From Yuukianura sp. NJ FZ-2021 (Eukaryota): a stretch of 64,000 nt of DNA. The notes beneath the pieces were generated by a model, which made no database searches, was not told where the DNA came from, and worked only from the letters and a program-made list of their open reading frames with translations. Positions 58,160-64,000 of this stretch are shown piece by piece (the stretch's first letter is position 1; the number at the start of each line of letters is the position of its first letter). Both the position numbers and the translations under genes were made by a program. The stretch lies in assembly GCA_046563655.1 (NCBI GenBank), contig CM102289.1, forward strand, positions 4,836,001-4,900,000. The letters run 5' to 3'.

Positions 58160-61100
58160 ATGAACAGCTCTTTCAGAAATTCGTCCTTCAATTCTGTTGC
58201 AAATACGAGGTGGTTCAAGTCAAACTATAACACTTATTACTTGCCTTACTAAAACTTTCAGGATGTGTAGAAGCAACATAAATTGATGTATGCAAATGTT
58301 TAGTTTCAGCGCCTTCAATGCTACCAGCTTCAATACAACCAGTACCAGAAGGCGACGTACAGACGTGGATCCAATAATAATTAGCGAGGATGGAACTTTT
58401 TTACTGGAGAATTTTGGTTCCACGCTGCCGTCCATGGTTCGCGTTGCTCTAAACAAAGTGGATGGTACTCAATTGACAGTTTTTAATGTTAAACTCTTAT
58501 ACATTTTTGCTTGTGGTAAAGTTGTACAGAGTGTTATAGGGTTTACTTTATAATTTCAGATCCAGCGAACGTTTCTTTTCGGTTAGATCGCAACGGATGG
58601 GCTTGGCTGGTGTTTAAACGACAATTGTACATTTGGAGATATGCACTTGATGCAGCGAAAAGGTCAACGGTGCCTTGTCGTGAACTACTTCTACCTCCCA
58701 GCGAGCTGTTTCATCATGCTAAACTGATTAACGTCCTCACCACTTCGTCACCTCTTCCTGCTTGCATTGCAGCAAGTCCAGAAGGTCACATCACTTACTG
58801 GCCCAATATTTCCAACGAGTCCGCCACAGTGTCTATAAATGCCGATCTGCCAGTAAGTTATCAAGTAATCAACCCTAAATTTACCATATTTTTAAAGTAA
58901 AAGTGTTAACGATACTTGACAGGGGCAGGAGTGTGACTCCCTAACGTCAGTCTGGCCTCTGGGATGCGTCCTAGCCACCACCAGTGCAACTGTTCTCCTC
59001 ATCAAACCCGGGTCAGCAGCCAAGCCATCATTGCTAGCCATCAGCCTCAATTCTGGATCCAAAGGGTGGTTGGGAGGACTGACCAAGCGGATGTCATACT
59101 TGGTGCCAATGGGGACTTCTGCTATTGAGACGGTAAGTGCAGCTCAATTCGGATTTGAGTTCAAGTGACTACAATTTGTGTTTAGAAGCGAGCCAGTGTT
59201 GCTGCGTCATTTGTGAAAGATGATGCCCGTTCGACTCCCAGAAACCTCTATGTTTTGGCTGGAACTCAGTTTCAAGTGTGGTCTCTGTCTCCCGACGGCC
59301 AGCAATGTACTTCTGATCTCAACATGCACGATTTGGTTCGGAAAAAGTTTCAAGACCAGATTTGGGTAGGTTTTAGTTATAAGTACTATTATTATTTCTG
59401 AATTCGTTTCATCGTTTCATTGGCAAACCTCAGTCACATGTCTTTATCTTAATTCGTATAGAATGAAGACTCTGACTCCCGTGGAATTCAGGTCTGGCTT
59501 CTGGATATCCAGGCTGATGACACCAAACGAGTCAAAATTTTGGCTGCAAGTGTTAACCGTTCAGAAAACGACGGATTCGTTCACTATGGGATTCGTGAGT
59601 TTCCTTCTGATCTAACTTTCCATTAAACAGTTTGGAAAGTTAATCTGGTGATTTTTTTTTCATTTTATACATATAGTAACGTTCGTCGGAACTTCCAGTC
59701 GAATTCGAGAGACGATGGAGCTGCAATTGGTTAACTACCACAATGAAAAGGCCAATGGCGAGGAAGAGTCGCTTTTTGCTTGGAAGCTTCTTATTACTGC
59801 TCATCTGTCTTTTATGATTTCACATGATAGAATTCTCGTGATTGGATCAGGTTAGTCAACTTACCAAGTAGACGAATCAAGCATGCATATGTTTATATTA
59901 CATTAAACATTTTTTGTGGAACATAGACGACAATTCGGTTGATTCCATGTCATCTGATCGTGCTGGAGGAGTGTTTATTGGATGTGGAAATTCAACAGAA
60001 AGCATGCCATGTGTCTTCACGCAGAATCTTGGTCTCACAATTATTCGTCCAAACCAAGCTTCTGAGAGCTTCTTGTGAGTTTACTGCCTTACTTAATTGT
60101 TGATTTGCACTGACAGACACATTAACATCTTTTTGCCAAACTCAGACCGTATTTAGAAAGTTGTCGCGATTGATTTGCAGGATGCAGGACAGTTTCTTGG
60201 ATGTTAGAGTTCCGGACCATTTGGCTTTATCCATGACTCAACATAATATCCAAGACCTTAGTTTCAGTGACGACAGCGTGAATCGCTACAAATCTGCGTT
60301 TCTACATTATTGTGTGAAACGTCACGAGGAAAGTGTTGAAGTACTCACGAGCCTTTTTCCAATGAATCAACCGTCTCTAACTCCAAATGACCCTATTGAC
60401 GCTTGGACCGTTGCCCTATGTGAGAGACTCATGGACGATGTTCCGACTACAGATCCACGCTGGGCTGCTACTTTTGGACGCACTGGTAATTCCATTTTTT
60501 TTTTGAAAAATCAAAGAAGCATGGTCGTATCATCTTAATTTGTTTTTATTTAAAGATGCGGAGGATCCACTGGGTATCAAGTCAAAGATGCTCATCAAAA
60601 ATTTGTTGGCGGATAAGAAAAGAGCACTGGAACTATTTTTTTCATTTCTACGTGTAACAGGAATATGGCAAAGGGTACCTTCCATATCATGTTTTTTAGT
60701 CTTATTAATTTTAGGTATAAGAATAAGTAAAGTTAAAAGTTCATTTTTTTTCCAGCTGAGTGGAATTCTACAGAAAGATGAAGTTCACGCGACTGGCAGC
60801 GTTTTGTACAACTCTTATGAAAAAATTGGATTCGCCATTGCTTTGCACATGCTCCAAACCGAGTTAGTTTTTCCAATTTCCATTTATTACAATTTCGAAA
60901 CAAAAGATTTTTAGTTTTATTTGTGCTGTTGCAGAGGGCGATATCGCAAATTGCTTGATCCAGCGATCAAATCAATTGTTACGGTTCGACAAGAATCACG
61001 TCCACATTCCGGCTTGTCTTTCAACGACATTTTTTTCAAAGATATTTCACGTGTACACCAAATCTTAACGGCTCTAACTCAAATGGAAGAAAACGTCCTC

Positions 61101-62681
61101 CAAGGAAACGATCCCAAAACCGTCCTGGAGTCCATCTCACTCACTTCCGAGGTGATTCTTGTCGTTTTCTCGGAATTACATCTTCTTCTCGGAAGAGAAT
61201 TTGGACAAATTCGACAAGGATACTTTGTCCCTCTACTGGAGCATCCTTCCACCGAAGGATATGTCATGACGCCTTGGTTTGTCCAATCGCACTGTTACGA
61301 AGCTCTGGTCAAACAAACCGAATTTCTTGTGAAGGCAAGCGATATGGCTGAAACTTCTGATAGTCGTCTGGACATTTTCAAACAGCTGGAGCAGATCACA
61401 GACATAATTTTGGATGGACTTAAAGTTGAAGTGGAGAGTTTGAAAGGCTCCAGTCGCTACAGTCCCAAGTTACTTGAATTTGAAGAAAAGCGGGCTTCAC
61501 TGCTTCGGAATTTAGTTGCTTTGGATTCCATCGGAGCCATTCCATTGGCCGAGAAGTACTTGGATTTCAATATTCTTGTATCGGTGGCCTACGAGCAAAA
61601 CAATGTGGAAGTATTTCACGATTTTTTTGAAAAGTACTATGAACTTGGATTTCCAACTTTTACGTTTGCTTGGTTTTTGAAGCAAAAGAAAGATGTAGAA
61701 CTTATTGAGCGTTTCAGCCGATCCAAATATGCTTCGCTTCTCTCGGACTTCTTGAAGGTATTAGACATTTAAATTTTAAAAATATATAATGTTATATAAA
61801 CTCAGTTTTTTTTAATGATGTTTTCTGTACTTTTAGGATTATCCAAATATTGGGTGGCATCATGCGGCCTTGAGTGATGATTTTTACGGGGCTTCTAGAA
61901 CTTTGGCATCGCTGGGCCACAGTGAAGAAACGAGTTTGGATAACCAGAAGTTTTTGTTTTGTATGTCAAAACTTGCGCTTCTGGCAACAGGAACTGAGAA
62001 TGTCGACGAAGACAGGGAGGCATTCGAGGAATTGAACCGGAACTTGGATATTATTCAGTTTCAAAATGATCTTCCGGATGAAGTGCTTGACACTCATGGA
62101 CTAACTAAATCAACCATGCATGTCCTCACTCCTTCTCAAATAATTGACATGTACACTTCTACCAACTCACCGGACTTGGTCAGTTTCTGGAAAGCAGCCT
62201 CGCTGGCTAAATACATGCCACCGGACATTCAAGATGAGAAGAGGCAAGTTTCGGTTTGCCCTTATTTTTTTTATTCCGTTTTAATTTTTTAATGTGTTAT
62301 TTTATTTTAAGGTTTTATTAAGGTTTATTTGTTCATTTAATTTTCCAGACTCCTGATTGTTGCTCGCGCAATTTTATGTGATCCTTGGGAGGAATGGGAC
62401 ATGGACCACCCTCTGGATGTCATCGTTCCATCAATGCTGTACAGATTCTTGTCGCTGGCAATTTCGAACGGTAAAAAGTTAAAGCAGTCAGTTTAACTAT
62501 AAAATAGAAAATGAATGCGATTTTTTAAAATTTATTTTCAGGAGAATGTCTGGATGATTACTTCAATTTACAAGAATTGAGTGAATTGGACATTCTTGAA
62601 GATGTTTTCAGAGCTGGAAATGGCAAATATTTGCTAAAAGCTTGTGAAGAATCTCTTCGTGGAGATGAAATGGAAATGTAA
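58160..62681 (+). CDS. Nup133: Nucleoporin Nup133
   Basis: FGSTLPSMVRVAL, GWAWLVFKRQLYIW, AASPEGHITYWPNI, DDVPTTDPRWA, LAEKYLDFNILV and MSKLALLA; TAA at 62679-62681. Confidence 0.88.
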
Positions 62682-63094
62682 TTTTCATAAACTAGATTAA
62701 GCGTAAGCTGCACAGTTTAAGATAAATTAATTTTTGGTATTAATTAAATTAATCTAATTTGGAAATACTTCTCGACAGTATGCATTTTAATTCTATTTTA
62801 TTTAAAGTTGAGGTTTTTATTTCCTGAATTTTTGCGTCCCTTCGTGGTTTTTTATGGACAGCAAACCGAAAATAGGTCGACGGATGGATTGTTTTGGCTC
62901 AAAAGTTTTGAGCCAAAACCAATTAAGTGAAAACTTAAGGAAATGAATTTAGTCATTTTTTGGAAGGGAGTTTGACATCGTATAAAAAATTGATTGTGCC
63001 AAATCAAAGATGAAAATGGTGAAGCTGCAACTAGAGTGTTTAGTACTAGCAGCCTTCGCAATTTTGGAAATCACTGGAAATGTTGGGGCTAGTA

Positions 63095-63944
63095 ATGGCG
63101 AAAGGTCACAAAGAGGTCATGTTATCAAAATCCTCAGTACAAATACACGTTCTGGATTTGTAGATGTAGACAGTTTTGGTAATTAAAAAATTCTGAATTC
63201 GAAATCGAAAATTGAGTTAAAGAATTAAGTGAATTTCATTTTTGTTTAAGCGAATAGTCCACACGGAAAGGCGGCGTTGGACAGGAGCGTTGTTCCAGAC
63301 AACATTTACCATGGAGCTCTTCAAGCCTACGGAAAAGTGTATGACTTCATCATCGACAAAGGAATTCTTATCTCTGACGAAGTAATCAACATTTAATTTA
63401 ACTAATTCCTAATTAAATTAAGTGATTAAATATAATATTTCTATTTGTAATTTTTAGGCTAAATACTACAACGAAACGGACCCGATTTGGATTGATGGTG
63501 AATTTCGGACGACCAAAACCGAAGCGGAGTTCCTAGCATGGCTTGCAAAACAACAGGAAAAGAATTTTACGTAAATTGAAATGAACTATGGAGTTTACGA
63601 TTAACTTTTAACATTACGAAGCTTTCAAATTGTTTAAGTACTATAAGTGTAATTTGGTATTTTGAACTTAGGGTCACGAGTTATCGGCTGGCGGATAACA
63701 ATTGTCTTACATTTGTGAACAAAGCTGTCAAGTTCCTCGGAGGAAAAGAGCCGAAGAAATTGTGGAAACTCAGACAATTTGCTTTGAACAAGTACTTTTT
63801 TTTAATTTAAAAAAAAAAACAATCTTATTAATTAGTTTTTAGAATTTAGAACATGTTAAACAATTGGATTTTTTCAGCCGAAGAAATATGGACGTTATGC
63901 AAGCCTTGTACCGAGCATGGGCACCTTCAGCTGAAAACGACTAA
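63095..63944 (+). CDS. PPPDE/DeSI-family peptidase-like protein (not in ORF track)
   Basis: Manual splice: SVQIHVLD|FPHGKAA...NIYHGALQAYGKVYDF|...TTKTEAEFLAWL..|..SYRLADNNCLTFVNKAVKFLGG; His and Cys dyad present. Confidence 0.68.
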
Positions 63945-64000
63945 ATAAAACAACCAGTGCAAAATCGGAAATAAATTCTGTTTTCATCAACTGTATAAAC

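Overview
Eukaryotic, AT-rich, gene-dense window with many short GT-AG introns (often 55-100 nt). The gene set and the (CCTAA)n stretches suggest an arthropod; a springtail-like hexapod is plausible but is only an inference. There are two housekeeping blocks. The first (0.8-35 kb) holds CSN3, NTF2, PISD, a RhoU-like GTPase, a CYP2-clan P450, RpL40, RPAP2, GFAT, CDC26, SYF2, PAPSS and tRNA-Glu. The second (58-64 kb) holds Nup133 and a PPPDE peptidase. Between them lies a rearranged accessory block (about 35.3-57.5 kb): a pogo relic, orphan genes, three intron-containing secreted cupredoxin paralogs, an LRR-like ectodomain fused to an FMRFamide-receptor-like GPCR, a mini dumpy-like EGF protein, an AAA_28-type kinase and a fungal-type CE4 chitin deacetylase. 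Several of these are horizontal-transfer candidates. A hAT-type element with a perfect 8-bp target-site duplication (TSD) sits inside a SYF2 coding exon and carries in-frame splice sites. All gene models were spliced by eye and family calls come from recognised motifs; no database searches were run.
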